Shown: piece by piece, positions 24,669-37,910 of the stretch
Numbering within the stretch: position 1 is the stretch's first letter
How the letters are laid out: the number at the start of each line of letters is the position of its first letter
NCBI GenBank assembly: GCA_964016885.1
Contig: OZ024741.1
Location: 386,384,001 to 386,448,000, forward strand
Source of the DNA: Eledone cirrhosa
Lineage: Eukaryota
Direction of reading: 5' to 3'
DNA: 64,000 nt
Notes under the pieces: model-generated
What the model was told of the DNA's origin: nothing
Databases searched by the model: none
Seen by the model: only the letters and a program-made list of their open reading frames with translations
Made by a program: the position numbers and the translations under genes

Positions 24669-27600
24669 CTTCTTCTTCTTCTTCTTCTTCTTCTTCTTCT
24701 TCTTCTTCTTCTTCTTCTTCTTCTTCCTGAGAGGGTCATGGGGGCATAGTCCTCAAACACTCCTTCCTGCAGGTCCTGTCAGAACCAACCATCTCCAACT
24801 GATCCAGCTAGATCCCCAAGCGAGACCAGCCGAGCTCATGGATGTTATCCAACCATCTTGCTCGGGGTCTACCCCTGAGTCTCTTACCAGTTGGTTTTTC
24901 CCATTCGTTCTGGACTTCCTAAATAAAGAGGAACCCTTAGAAGAAGCCGCTCAATTAATCAAAACACAAAATATAAGGGCTGGAATAGCCATCCCGTCCG
25001 TGGTGTTGGCGGCTAAAGAAAAGAAAACTTTAATTTACAGAACTGTTGCAATCAAATCCAAACGACCAGAATTAGCACCTCAGAGCAAATGCGAAAAGGC
25101 ACTAGAAGGCATTTGTCTCGATATAGAGCATATCACCAGAACCAAGCAATATGTGGAAATGTCAGTGCTTTTCACAACAGAAGAGCTGACTGTTAAACAC
25201 TCTGTAGTCCTAATCCAGACAGACCAATACGTTCTATACCCTTCGTATCGCAGAAGAGCGACTGCAAGGGTCAGAATCGTTGGAATCCCTTCAGTACTGA
25301 ACGTCTGGTGGGTCCTAGCCTGTCTGGTGCGAGAAGAAGGTAGTGATACATTCTTTGAAGTCAAGCACGCCCGGAGAGAAAACTTGTCAGGAATGTGTTT
25401 AGAAATTATCTCACATATCAAACCAGAGAAGATGGAAAACATCCCTGACCTCATTTATATAACAGAGGAACAACAAAAACCTAAAATACCCCCCCCCCCC
25501 CAAAAAAAAAACACAAGAAGAAATCTCACACACCAACACAAACAACAGCAAACAGAGAAGACACACTCGCACCAAACAGAGACACACATACTACAACACA
25601 CACACACCCGCAACAACACAACCATAAACACAAACACCACCTCCACCAACAACACTACCACTAACACAAACAACTAAAAGAAAACACACACAGCAACAAC
25701 TCACAACCACAACAAAACCTAACTTCATGTTAGCAAGAAAGGCTAACAAAAAATTAATAGCCCTCATAACACGAAGCAAGGAAATAGAGAAAGGGGGGGG
25801 GGGAGGCATTTAGCACCTGCACCTTAAAAGTGCCGCAAACACTTTTGCTGGTTCGGATGCCAGTAGACAATTACAAAACCATTAGAGAGAGCTTCCTCAA
25901 CGACGTGGGAACACCCAGTTTAAAAGCCTCAATTAGGTTTTTAAAGGGGTTCCCAAAAGAACCCCACCAACCAGAAACGGAGGTCGAACCAGCTGACCTC
26001 CAACAGCACCCGGAGGGTAAGTAACCCTCCTTTTCTCCTATTTTTCTGATCAACAGGGGATGTGAAGAGTGGGATGCATAAATGTTCGTGGCCTGGGGTT
26101 GGCCTGGAAGCAAGGCCGCCTGCTCAACGACCTCAGGTCACTAGCTGTGGATGTGACAGCCGTCAGCGAGACCAAGATTTCCGACATACACGCACTAGCC
26201 CCTATTCGTGACGACTTTGAGATCTACGCATCTCTTATTCAGTCTGGAATGGGAGTCGGGGTGGCAGTGCTATTTAGAAAAGGCCCGAGTATCGAGATAC
26301 GACGATCTTCCTGGACCCGGACGGTAAGCAGGTGGTCCTAGATGTGGACAATTGTGAAAGTGGTGCTTTTAGACTGGTAGCTGTCTACGCTCCAACTGGG
26401 ATAAGACGGCCAGCTTTCTTTAGGTGTCTGGGAGCCTTTCTAGGAACGTCTCGCCCTTTACTGTTGGCAGAAGACTGGAACGGCATCTTGGACGTACACT
26501 GGGACTGTGTGGGAGTAGTCGATAGAAGTGGGGGGTGCAAAAGCCTCAAGTATCTGATCAGCCAGTTCCAACTGTCTGACAAGTACCGATTAGGTTTCCC
26601 TAATGTGCCAGTGTAGACCTGGACAAACCGCTTAGGGACATCTAGATCGTACTTAGATAGGTTTCTAATTAGGTTATTCGATAATGATAGTATAGGGTGT
26701 CCACAATTACATACGGTCGCCTATTCATACCACACGTTTGTGATCTTCATGGTCAACCTAGATAGAACACATAGACAGGGACCCGGTTATTGGAAGCTTA
26801 ACACGCCGTTCCCGGTGCATAAAGCGTACGGCGACTGGATCAGCAAATTAGGAGCCATCGTCAACAACAGGTAGTGGGTCGCTCACAAAAGAGCGATTAG
26901 AGTAGAATCCATAGCATTCAGTAAAGAAGTAGCAATAGGAAAAAATAAAAGGGAGGGGGAGTTAGTAACTAAATTAGATGAGGAGATTAGAAGTGTCATT
27001 GCAGCCGACGTGCTAGCTGCAAGGATGGCACTAGACCATTTCGTCAATGCGAAACCCGAAGGCTGCATTATCAGAACCAAGGTGCGTGCTCTAAGAAACG
27101 GGGGAAAGAAAACTGATCGATGCGCCCAAGTGGCAGAGGTGCAGCGTGGTAACAAAACCACAATTCAGTATTTGACGGACCAAGACGGACGCGAGCTGAA
27201 CGATTCCAAGCAGATGTGTGAGGTCTTTCGACTGCACTTTGCTTGGTTGTTCGGTGGGAGTAGCGGGACGAAGACGGTAGCGGTTTCAGTCCTTATCTCG
27301 GCGGCTTACCACGTCGAAATTCCGGATGCCCTAGTCGGTCGAAATTCCGGATGTCCTAGTCGGCTGTACGAGGCGCAAGCCATCCGGTTTGGATGGTCTG
27401 CCATACGAGCTTTACGTAGATATTCCAGACTCGTTCTCCGATCTCCTCGAAGCGCTCCACTGCAACTGACAGCAGAACGAGAGTACTCCCAGTTCTGTGA
27501 GCCGGGGCGTAGTAACGCTGGTGAGGAAAGACGTGAACTAGAGGGACACATTAGATAACTTCAGGCCCATAACTCTGCTCAACACAGAATTTAAGATTTT

Positions 27601-29935
27601 GGCCAAGTTGTTAGTAAAAGGTTGGTGCTCGTCGTCGTGATTTGGTTAGGGAGGCGCAAACTCGCGCACCCGACCAGGTTCATATACGACAACCTCCACC
27701 TCATGCGATACATCTTAGAAATGGTAGGGTATAAACCTGGCTTCAGTGGGGCTCTGATCAATTTAGATCAATTGAAAGTTTTCGATAGAGTCGACCATCG
27801 ATGCCTGGAGATTGTCAAGGCAGCTAGCTTCGGTCCCGTGTTCAGAGGCTGGATCGCTGTATCTACTACCACCTGACTGTCGTGCCTTGACCCGTTCGTG
27901 AATCGCCAAATTGCAACGGCTTCTCTTCATCCTCTTGTAGAGGGGACGGGTTCCGTTGGTGAGGTGGTCCATCTGCTGCAAGCACCCTATACGCGAGCGA
28001 AGGGCTGGACATGCCGTGGCTAATGATGCGCAAACATGCGCTGAGGTTGCAGTATCACCAGATATTCTGCTTAAACAGTGAACAGGTGTGATCTTCGTTT
28101 GTCAGACGGGCCTTTCCGTAGCTCGTCTCTTTGACTGAGCTGCAGTCCTAGGTCAAGAAGAGACCGAGACTAGATGCCTGGCATCTGAAATTTGCCAGGT
28201 ACTCACTGCCAGGTACTCAGCCGGATAATGCGGTCAGTGGAACCTCCACTCTTGAGTTCTATAGAGAATTAGTGGTGGGTAAATGGGACGACGCACTCGG
28301 TGAGGCTCTGGGCGTCGACGAAGACGAACTGGCCTGTCTGTTCTGGAGGACTTTCGAGCCGGGGACGATAGATAAATTCTAGAAATCCATCGCTTCGTAG
28401 TGCTACCGGGGGTGGAGGTTCGAGATAACTCTACAGGCACGGAAGTATTGTCAGACGGGCCTGTTCGAGAAGCGCGCAGAGCGACGAAACCGTTCTGCAC
28501 GCACTCGTCCAGTGTCCGTTCATTACTGACTTGTGGAGTTATGTCGATCAACTGTTGTCGTGTGTAGAACGGATCCGGCTATCGGCCGAGTTCACAGTGA
28601 AGATCGACTCGCCGCCTTCTTTTGGCCAGGAAGGGCAGGAAATTTCCCTCTGTCTGGTGGCAATAGCGAAAGAGGTTGTATGGTCGACCAAGTTGAAAAG
28701 TGAGGGCGGAGAGAAAAGTGCTCCCTCCAGTACATTTGCTAAAATGTGGTGAGAATGGCCCGTGTGAATGGGCCTACTCTGAGCATGCGCTTGTAGGCTG
28801 GTTAATTTGAGGATGAGAGGGGTGTTTTCCCGGGTGCCCTCGAGCGAGGGGTGGTTCAAGAATGGTGGGGTACCTAAGTCAACCCTGGGTGGTTGATGAT
28901 GATGTGGTCTAGCATAATGCAATCAAACAAGCGTACTGCCAACAACTTCGAGCGTACTGCCAACGTACTGGAACAATAGCGTATCGACAGTGTATGGGCT
29001 TCGCAAAGACCACAAAGCAAATAGTGACCCATTCACAAGACCTCCAGCACGACCAGTCTATGGAGCCAACATTGCTAGCAACTACAGACTCTCCAACTTC
29101 CTCTCCATGATCATACACCCCATAATCGAAATGTCCCCAGACATATGTCACAGTACGGAGGAGCTTCTCAGCAGAATCAATGGATACGACATATCTGGGG
29201 ACCTGGCAGGATGTACAATATGTAGTATGGAAATTATGTCCCTACACCCATCGATCGACGTTGATTTTGCTGTGGAAAAATGTGTAGAGATGATCAGCGA
29301 GAGCTATGTAGAATTCCGTGGGATTGATACAAATGAGCTGGAGCTCCTACTTAGACTTACATAGGATAAGGATTACTTAGATACACACGACCATATCAAC
29401 GCCTGTCCTACACGACCATATCAACGCCTGTCCCACACGACCATATCAGCCCCTGTCCCACACGACCATATCAGCCCCTGTCCCACACGACCATATCAAC
29501 TTCTGTCCCACAAGGCCAGAGAGAGACAGACCAGTTTGAATTGACTGAAGACAGACACTTTTCTCTTCAACTTTGTCTAGTTTCACTTGGAAAGGAAGGT
29601 GAGGGTAGAGCGAGAAGTGTTGCGCCCCCAAGTACATTTACTAAAAGGTGGCTGAATGTGGCAAGAATGGCCCGTGTGAGTGGACCTACTCTGAGCATGC
29701 GCCTGTAGGCTGGTTAATTTGAGGAGGAGATGTGTGCCCTTCCCGAGTGCCCTCGAAGCGAGGGGTGGTTCAGGATTGGTGGGGGTACCTGAGTCAACCC
29801 TGGGTGGTTACCTCCCCCCTATTGAGGAACTCTGTATGTTCTTGTTATTTTGTTATTTATATATTTTAAATCGATTTTTTGTGTAAAACGCCCACTGTCC
29901 CCTATATGTCGGCCCTTGTGGCCAATAAATAAAAC
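23910..29935 (+). mobile_element. Near full-length decayed L1/Tx1-like LINE (ORF1, APE endonuclease, RT, zf-RVT, 3'UTR) with nested insertions
   Basis: APE motifs GCINVRGL…AVSETK, LVAVYAP, LLAEDWNGIL, GYWKLN (26069-26800); RT NFRPITLLNTEFKILAK, LDQLKVFDRVDH (27555-27870); zf ETVLHALVQCP (~28480); AATAAATAAAA at ~29925. The 5' end follows (ATT)n. A microsatellite/RTE insert sits at 24610-24895 and a PLE fragment at 28897-29535. Confidence 0.82.
28897..29535 (+). mobile_element. PLE RT fragment (same family as 46170-48480) nested in the LINE 3' end
   Basis: YGLRKDHK…RPVYGANIASNYRLS…SMEIMSLHPSIDVDFAVEKC is nearly identical to 46620-47150. ~23-bp tandem repeats occur at 29385-29510. Confidence 0.8.
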
Positions 29936-29944
29936 AATTATTAT

Positions 29945-31172
29945 AAAGCACCAGTAACGTACTGGGGTCGATTTAATCGATTTTCCCCTCCCTCAAAATT
30001 GCTGGCATTGTGCCTATATAAGAAACCATTATTATTAATAACGAGGGCGGTGGGTTGGCGGTATCGGTAGAGGGTCGGATGCCATGCTTTCCAGCATAGT
30101 TACGTCCCTTTACGATCTGAGTTCAAATCCCGCCGAGGTTAACTTTGCCTTTCATCCTTACGGGGTCGATAAAATAAAGTACCAGTAATGCACTGGGTAA
30201 TTGCTGGCCTTGTGCCTAAAGTAGAAACAATTATTAATAACGAGATAATGGAGATGAAGATAATAGCATTATCAAAAAGCCAATAATAATGATTTCTGAT
30301 TTAGGCAATAATAATTATTTCTCAGGAGAAAGTCGATTGAATCGATCCCAGTGCATTACTGGTTCTTTATTTTATTGACTCTGTAAGGATGAACAGCAAA
30401 GCTAACTTCGGTGGAATTTCAACTTAGAACATAAAGGGACAAAACGTCTTAATGGTTACCGATTTAGGCACAAGGCCAGCAATTTGGGGGAAGGCAAAAG
30501 TCGATTATATCGACCCCAGTACTTAACTGGTACTTTATTTGACCGACCCTCGGAAGGACGAACGGCAAAGTTTACCTCCGTGAGATTTGAACTCAGAACA
30601 TAAAGAAACTGTAGCCAAATGCTGGAAGACATTTTGTCTGACGCTCTACCAATTCTGCCAGATTTCTAAATTTCTAATTTAGATACAAGGTCAGCAATCC
30701 GGAAGAAAGAAAAGTCTATTGAGTTAATAATTGTTTCTATATTTGGCACAAGGCCAGTAATTTGAAGGAAGGGGAAAAGTTAATTAAACAGACTCCAGTG
30801 CATTACTGGTACTTCATTTCATCGACCTCGTAAGGATGAAAGGCAAAGTTAACCTCGGCGGGATTTGAACTCAGAAAATAAAGGGCCGTAACTCTATGCT
30901 GCAAATCCTTTTGACCGCTGCTCTACCAATACTGCCAATCCACCGCCCTCTGTTGAGTTAATAATTGTTACTACTGTAGGCACAGGCCAGCAATTTTAGG
31001 GGAGAGGAAAGTCGATTAAATCGATCCATTGCATTACTGGTACTTTATTTTATCGACCTAGAAAAGGATGAAAAGTAAAGTTAACTTCGGCGAGAATTGA
31101 ACTTATAACGTAAATGGCCGTAACTCTATGCTACAAAGCATGGCATCCGACACTCTACCGATACTGCCAATC
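29945..31172. mobile_element. Cluster of about six family A SINE copies or fragments in both orientations
   Basis: Plus: ~29945-30030 (3' part), 30045-30235. Minus: ~30330-30440, 30455-30660, 30730-30950, 30965-31172. Confidence 0.78.
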
Positions 31173-31446
31173 CATCGAATAACAATAATACACTGTTACC
31201 ACCTGCACCCGCACCACCACCACCACCACCACCACCATCATCACCACCACCACCACCACCACAACTACTACTGCTGCTGCTGCTACAACAACAACAACGA
31301 AAGAAATCCATTACAAATCGTTGTTGATGGTACATTGCAAGCCTTAAGACGCACCAATCTGAAGAAAGACTAAATTGTAACGGCCTCTTCCACACTTATA
31401 TACGCACCTATACAAACTTACATTTACATACACACATATATAAAGA

Positions 31447-31483
<37 letters not shown>

Positions 31484-31598
31484 ACACACACATATAAATA
31501 TATATATAAATGCACCCCCACACACATACAGATCCATACACACACACACACACACGTATATATATATATATATATATATAAAGGCACACACAAGGCAA

Positions 31599-31661
<63 letters not shown>

Positions 31662-31879
31662 CACTCACGCACATACATATAGACACACACACATATATAC
31701 ATACACACACACATACAAACCTTTGAAAACGCCTTTAATCTTCAATACAGATTTACTACTCATATTTTTCAACTTCCCGACAGAGCAATGCCTTGTAAAC
31801 TATTAGTAATAGTACACGGCATTGCTCACCAGTACACACCAGCCTACAGCACCACCATTATTAACACTAACACACACAC

Positions 31880-32130
31880 ACTCACATAAAACACACGAAC
31901 ACACATAAAAACAAACACACGTGCACACATAAAAACACACCCAGCCACACACAAAAAAACACACACAGGCACACACATAAAAACACACACAGGCACACAC
32001 ATAAAAACACACCCAGCCACACGCATAAAAACACACCCAGCCACACACATAAAAACACACACAGGCACACACATAAAAACACACACAGGCACACACATAA
32101 AAATACACACAGGCACACACATAAAAATAC
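31880..32130. repeat. 24-bp minisatellite (ACACACATAAAAACACACACAGGC-like)
   Basis: About 10 tandem degenerate units are visible. Confidence 0.75.
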
Positions 32131-32265
32131 ATATTCTTGTGTACACTACATATCGACCTGGTTCTTTCTCTGCAGACTTCAAACAACATTGATTAGCATT
32201 TTGAAATCCATTCCATTTATGAATGTTGATACATGCACACTCATATACAAGTACATCACTGTACA

Positions 32266-32309
<44 letters not shown>

Positions 32310-32404
32310 ACGCGTGCGCGCGTACACATTCATTATAACAACATAGTATAGCCATATATATATATCTATATATCTGTATATATACATATATGTATGTATA
32401 TTTG

Positions 32405-32437
<33 letters not shown>

Positions 32438-32648
32438 ATGTATATATATGTGTGTGTGTGTGTGTGTATGTATATATATATATATATGTAGATATATATA
32501 TATGTATATATATGTGTGTATATATATGTATATATGTATATATATGTATGTGTATATATACATATATATATATATATATGTGTGTGTATGTATATATATA
32601 TATATGTGTATGTATATATATATATGTATGTATATATATACGTATATA

Positions 32649-32753
<105 letters not shown>

Positions 32754-33187
32754 ATATAGATACATACGTACATATACACATGTATACATGCATATATATA
32801 TATATTTATATTGGAAAGGGAAAATACGTATATATTTGTAAAATGAGAGAATGGAAAAAGAGAAGTACAGAACGAGAGAATCGACAAACGAAAGAGAGAT
32901 AGAAAGAAAGAAATAAAGAAGTAAAGAGAGAAAGAGAGAAAAAAGGAAGGAGAATGTTGCCATTTATTGAGTGATTCAACAATGATAGCGAGTGCCAGAA
33001 GTAATTTACGGTCTGAAGAATTCCGGATATAGTGAAAAGAGAAAATAAAATTCAACTTTAGTGAGCAAACAACCTGAATATATATACATATATACATATT
33101 TATATACATACATATATATATACATATATACATATTTATATACATATATACATACATACATACACACACACACATATATATATATAT

Positions 33188-33712
33188 AATATGTATAAAT
33201 ATTTCGTATCTCCAAAGAAATACGGTTTTAGGAAGCCGTAGCTATGCAAACACCGGGGGGGGGGGGGGGGCTAACGCCCTCTGGTGATGTCCAGCAGAAG
33301 CAAGGGGGACAGCCGTCTATACATTTCAGGCTTAACTGGTTTTCGTCAGGACGGCCCCTCCCACCGCTTGCAACTGCTGGACTAGAAGACAGGCGAGAAT
33401 ATATAGTTTTCTCGTCTGTGTAAATGAGGTGATTAATCTCATTTGCATATGAAGCTGCATAAGTTGGCTCAACTTATAATAAAAAAGAAATAGGATTTCG
33501 CTTCAATCATTTGTATTTCAGGCTTAACTGACAAAGGCCAGTTAAGCCTGAAATGCATAGACGGTTGTCCCCCTTGCTTCTGGTGGACATCACCAGAGGG
33601 CGTTAGCCCCCCGGCGTTTGCATAGCTACGGCTTCCTGAAACCGTATTTCTTTGGAGATACGAAATATTTATACATATTGTATAAAGCTATGTTTGAAGC
33701 GAAATCCTATCT

Positions 33713-33716
<4 letters not shown>
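33188..33716. mobile_element. Retrozyme-like HHR element (~330-bp unit plus inverted partial copy) in (TA)n
   Basis: 33190-33340 is inverted at 33535-33680. The minus-strand HHR is at 33313-33354. ATTTGCAT is at 33441-33448. Confidence 0.6.
33313..33354 (-). ncRNA. Minimal type I hammerhead motif
   Basis: Reverse complement reads CCGTC-CTGACGA-AAACCAGTTAAGCCT-GAAA-TGTA-TA-GACGG. The inverted copy has an intact stem II (AGGC…GCCT) and a palindromic stem III (ATGCAT). Confidence 0.65.
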
Positions 33717-33769
<53 letters not shown>

Positions 33770-33840
33770 GTAAACATTGATGCAATTCAATTCAAGCACT
33801 CAACGTACTTTTTCCACATAGGAGTGACGGAGTAAATATC

Positions 33841-35140
33841 GAATAAGGAAAAGCGAAGTAGTTTCAGATGTTCAAGTCCTTTAATAATAATGCTGTGATA
33901 TATATTTCAGTGACTACACTGGCTACACTGTTCTGTGTGCGAGGGTCGTGTCATCATCAGACAGCTTGTTACATAATAAGGTTATGTTTCCGAGGCAATC
34001 CAAATTGGATCGACAAGGGAACGGATGAATTGCGTGTTCTTGGGTTTTTCATCCGCTCCCTTGTGAGTACCAATTCCCCCCACCGGCCTGCGCAAGCGCA
34101 TGTCCGAAGGAAGTTGACCATTCTCCACCGCAGACTTCAACGAAATTTGCTTAGTCAGTTCACCCTGTCATCCAAAACAATGGCCCACCAATGCCTGTAC
34201 CATATTTTACTGCTACCCATCACGGCTGTGGCAGTCAGCCGAGAGCCAGAGGGGATGGGAGAGTGTTAGTTTTTACAGGTCATAATACTACCCCTCACTA
34301 AGCGTTGCCGGTACGACTGACCATCACCTTATTAGGGAAAATAAACTATTCTAGGTATCATGGTTTTACGTTGGAAGTTAAGAGTGAGAGTTGGAAATAA
34401 AAATTAAATATCAGAAATTATAAATTAAACAATTAAGAAATTAACAATTAGAAATTAAAGAATTAAAAAAAGAATTTTAAAAATTCTTTTCAGGTGATAA
34501 TTCGGATTGAGGTGAGTAAAAATATAGACTGAAGTGAGTAAATAATATGGAGAGAGGTGTTTAAGTAATATGTTCTGAGAGGGATTCTAGTGTCACAGTT
34601 ACTCTATCCACATATTGAACGACGGTGTCGTACATTATAACTACAGGGCTCCAGGCATTAGTGAATCTGGTACACAGTCCTAATTTCCATCACATGGAAC
34701 AAAATCAAAGAAAAACAGACATAAAGTACATAGAAGAAAAGAACAGAACCAACAGTGAATAAATGCAAAAACACAGAGTACATATATGATCCATATGATT
34801 GTCCATCTGTCCATGTATAGATTGAATTGAAGGGGCCTCTGTTCAAGTGCGATTTGGTGCAGGAAAATAGGGGTTAATCCTATTATTTGTTTCCGCGTAT
34901 TTATCCTGCCGAAAGTTATTATTATGTCCGTCCAGTGTAAGGGGTTTCCATCCCCATGGTAGAGGGAATTTCCGGGGTAGCTTATGGTTGGTTCCTCTCT
35001 TCTCCACCATATGTAACAAGCTGTCTGATGATGACACGACACTCGCACACAGAACAGTGTGGCCAGTGTCGTCACTGAAATATATATCACAGCATTATTA
35101 TTAAAGGACTTGAACATCTGAAACTACTTCACTTTTCCTT

Positions 35141-35143
<3 letters not shown>
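33841..35143. mobile_element. Element bounded by ~135-bp inverted repeats, each carrying an HHR (PLE 3' end with inverted tail)
   Basis: 33841-33975 is the reverse complement of 35010-35143. Flanked by (TA)n. Confidence 0.7.
35020..35093 (+). ncRNA. Type I hammerhead ribozyme (AUC); minus-strand copy at 33892-33965
   Basis: GCTGT-CTGATGA-TGAC ACGACACT…AGTGTCGT CACT-GAAA-TATATA-TC-ACAGC. Confidence 0.75.
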
Positions 35144-35235
<92 letters not shown>

Positions 35236-35649
35236 TAAACGGACGGTAGTCCGTTTAGTAATATTGTTGTGGTCGTGTTTTCGTTGGCAATCGTCTGTTT
35301 ACGACAGTACAGCGCGGCTCTACTTTATTTAACTGAGATAAAACTTATATGAGCATGAACAGTAGATCATTACGCATCTTTTGGCTTAAAAATCTAGAAA
35401 TTTGGTCCAGCGGGAAAAAATTTATAATCAAAGTTTGCTGATAAATCTTGTGTTCAAGTGAGTGAGTAGTAAGCGTGACGCTAGGGGAGGTAATCCAGAA
35501 ATGACGTAGCTTTGTCATTAAACCAGTTGCCTCAACTAGATTGCAATTATATCCAGAAGAACTTTAAAATGTCAATCACTTGTCAGTAATTCACTATGAT
35601 CATTTAATTATTAGATAGTTGTTGCTTGCATTGCCTTAAAAAATAGTAG

Positions 35650-36744
35650 ACCAGATAGAAAAATGCGTACAGCAAAAAAAAGTAATATTGTTGGAATATA
35701 AACCTTTAAAAATACAGGACAAGAAACTAAAATAAAACTTTAAAAGAATAGGACAAGAAACTAAGATGAAACTTTAAAAGAATAGGACAAGAAACTAAGA
35801 TAAAACTTTAAAGAATTGGACAAGAAATAAAAAATTTTACAATAATATTAGTGGCAAATTTTTTTTATTCGTTTCCTATGCTATGCCCCAGTATCTTCTT
35901 GATAAGTGCACAATAATTGTCATGCTCTCATTGTGCGTTGCCCCTGAGCGGTTGGTTCTGGTTGGGGTTGGTTGGCTGAGCAGTTCTGCTCCGTCAGAAT
36001 GACCATTGCAAGAAGAATTGGCCGATGCAGCTGCATGTCTCCTCCAAGAATGCACTTCTGGTCCCGCAACACCAGACGAAGATGGAGAAGACGACCGGGA
36101 CAAGATGTCGACTCTGACCACCGACTACGGCGCCTCCCTCAACCACCGGTCCTCCCTCCCTCTGTCCCGTCATCCCTTCAGTCCTCCTGCTCCCCCTTCC
36201 TGTACCAGAAAGCTGTGGCACGCATTTATCTGGACTGCCGGACTTGAACCCAAGGACAAGATGCAAGGAGAAGATGGACGGGTTGGTCAAGATCAAGGAT
36301 GAGCGGGACGACAAGACCGTCCGCTGCTGCTCAAGATCTGTGCTCATGGGCCCATAGGTCCATTCACATTATGCATGACACATGAGGCGTGTCGCCGAAT
36401 GATGAAATAGGGGTATGGTTATGGCCCAATTGGTGTTCAAACCAAGATCAAATGATCCCCCCGGTCTGACGACGACCTCTGAATGTGGAACCCAGAGCCT
36501 ATGAATGTGGAACTCGATTTTTTACCAATAAAGATTTTGCCACTAATATTATTGTAAAATTTTTTATTTCTTGTCCAATTCTTTAAAGTTTTATCTTAGT
36601 TTCTTGTCCTATTCTTTTAAAGTTTTATCTTAGTTCCTTGTCCTATTCTTTTAAAGTTTTATTTTAGTTTCTTGTCCTGTATTTTTAAAGGTTTATATTC
36701 CAACAATATTACTTTTTTTTGCTGTACGCATTTTTCTATCTGGT
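35650..36744. repeat. ~210-bp inverted repeats with internal ~32-bp tandem units, enclosing a GC-rich segment
   Basis: 35650-35862 is the reverse complement of 36530-36744. Confidence 0.75.
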
Positions 36745-36750
36745 ATATAT

Positions 36751-36828
<78 letters not shown>

Positions 36829-37683
36829 CAATAACAGAGATAGTTTAAAGCTAAACTCTGACTGGTAACCATCTCACTCAACAAACATTAGGTTATATTT
36901 AAATATAAACCCAATTTAAGTGTTTGGGGTGCTAACAATATGTATAATGTGGACAAACCAGTTGTATTATTTTATGAGATATAATTAAAGTTAAAGTATA
37001 TCTCTCTTTCCAAACAATTGTTTCATTATAAGTTTTCTACAAGTTGGGAGAATATTTCCAGTTTATGTAGAAGCCTAATATATATTCATGTAAGAATATA
37101 TTTAGGTGGGCGTTTATAAATCATTAGTGGAAGCCCAATAAACTTTGATATAAGAAAGAAATTCTTACCGCAGTCAAAAATCGTGTCTGTTAAGTTGCTC
37201 CTTCTCGCCTCGAATGACCGCCAAATTTGAAATTCCAGCAGTTTTTGACTGAGGAAGTATCATAGCGACACGAAGCGGGAAGGGGAGACAACTATGATCC
37301 ACGAAAGGAGGAAAAAAATAATATACACGCGGGTTAATTAGTTTTTTCGAAAACATTATCAATCCAACGTGTTAAGAACTCAATTGAAAGTAAAAAAATA
37401 AATATATGCGTGTATAAATTACACACGCATATAGATATTTTCTTAGGCTAAAATCAGAAGTTGTACCCGAATAAGAACCGCATCTCATAACCGCAGTAAA
37501 TACAGAAAGTTATGCTTTAAAGGGCAAATGGGAATGTAAATCTCCGGCCGAATTAAGAGTAAAATATAAAACACACGCGGGTTAATTAGTTATTTCAAAA
37601 CTAATATTAATTCCTCGTGTAAAGAACTCAATTAATTAAAGAAAATAAATGTATGCATGTAATTATATACATAGGCATATATA

Positions 37684-37870
37684 TTAGTGGTTAGAGCATT
37701 GGCCTTGCAATCGAAAGGTTGTGAGTTCAATTCTCAGATCGGGTGATGTGTTGTTTCCTTGAGCAAGACACTTTATTTCACATTGCTCCAGTTTACTCAG
37801 CTGTAGAAATGAGATGATAGGGACTGGGGTCCTTATCATTCCACTGTAAAGTGGACGTGGAGGTGCCACG
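37684..37870 (+). mobile_element. CORE-type tRNA-derived SINE
   Basis: TAGTGGTTAGAGC…GAGTTCAATTC head, followed by CCTTGAGCAAGACACTT…CAGTTTACTCAGCTGTAGAAATG, which resembles the CORE domain. Confidence 0.65.
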
Positions 37871-37910
37871 GCAACAAAGCACCCAGCTCTTATATATATA
37901 TATATATATA

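Noticed and set aside
24502-24900. N-terminal poly-L/F part of the 391-aa ORF as a membrane protein
   Set aside because: It derives from a (GTT)n(CTT)n tract and an inserted fragment. Only the downstream part is LINE ORF1.
37165-37682. Diverged direct duplication (~37170-37435 and ~37490-37682)
   Set aside because: No termini, coding signal or RNA motif was found to assign it.
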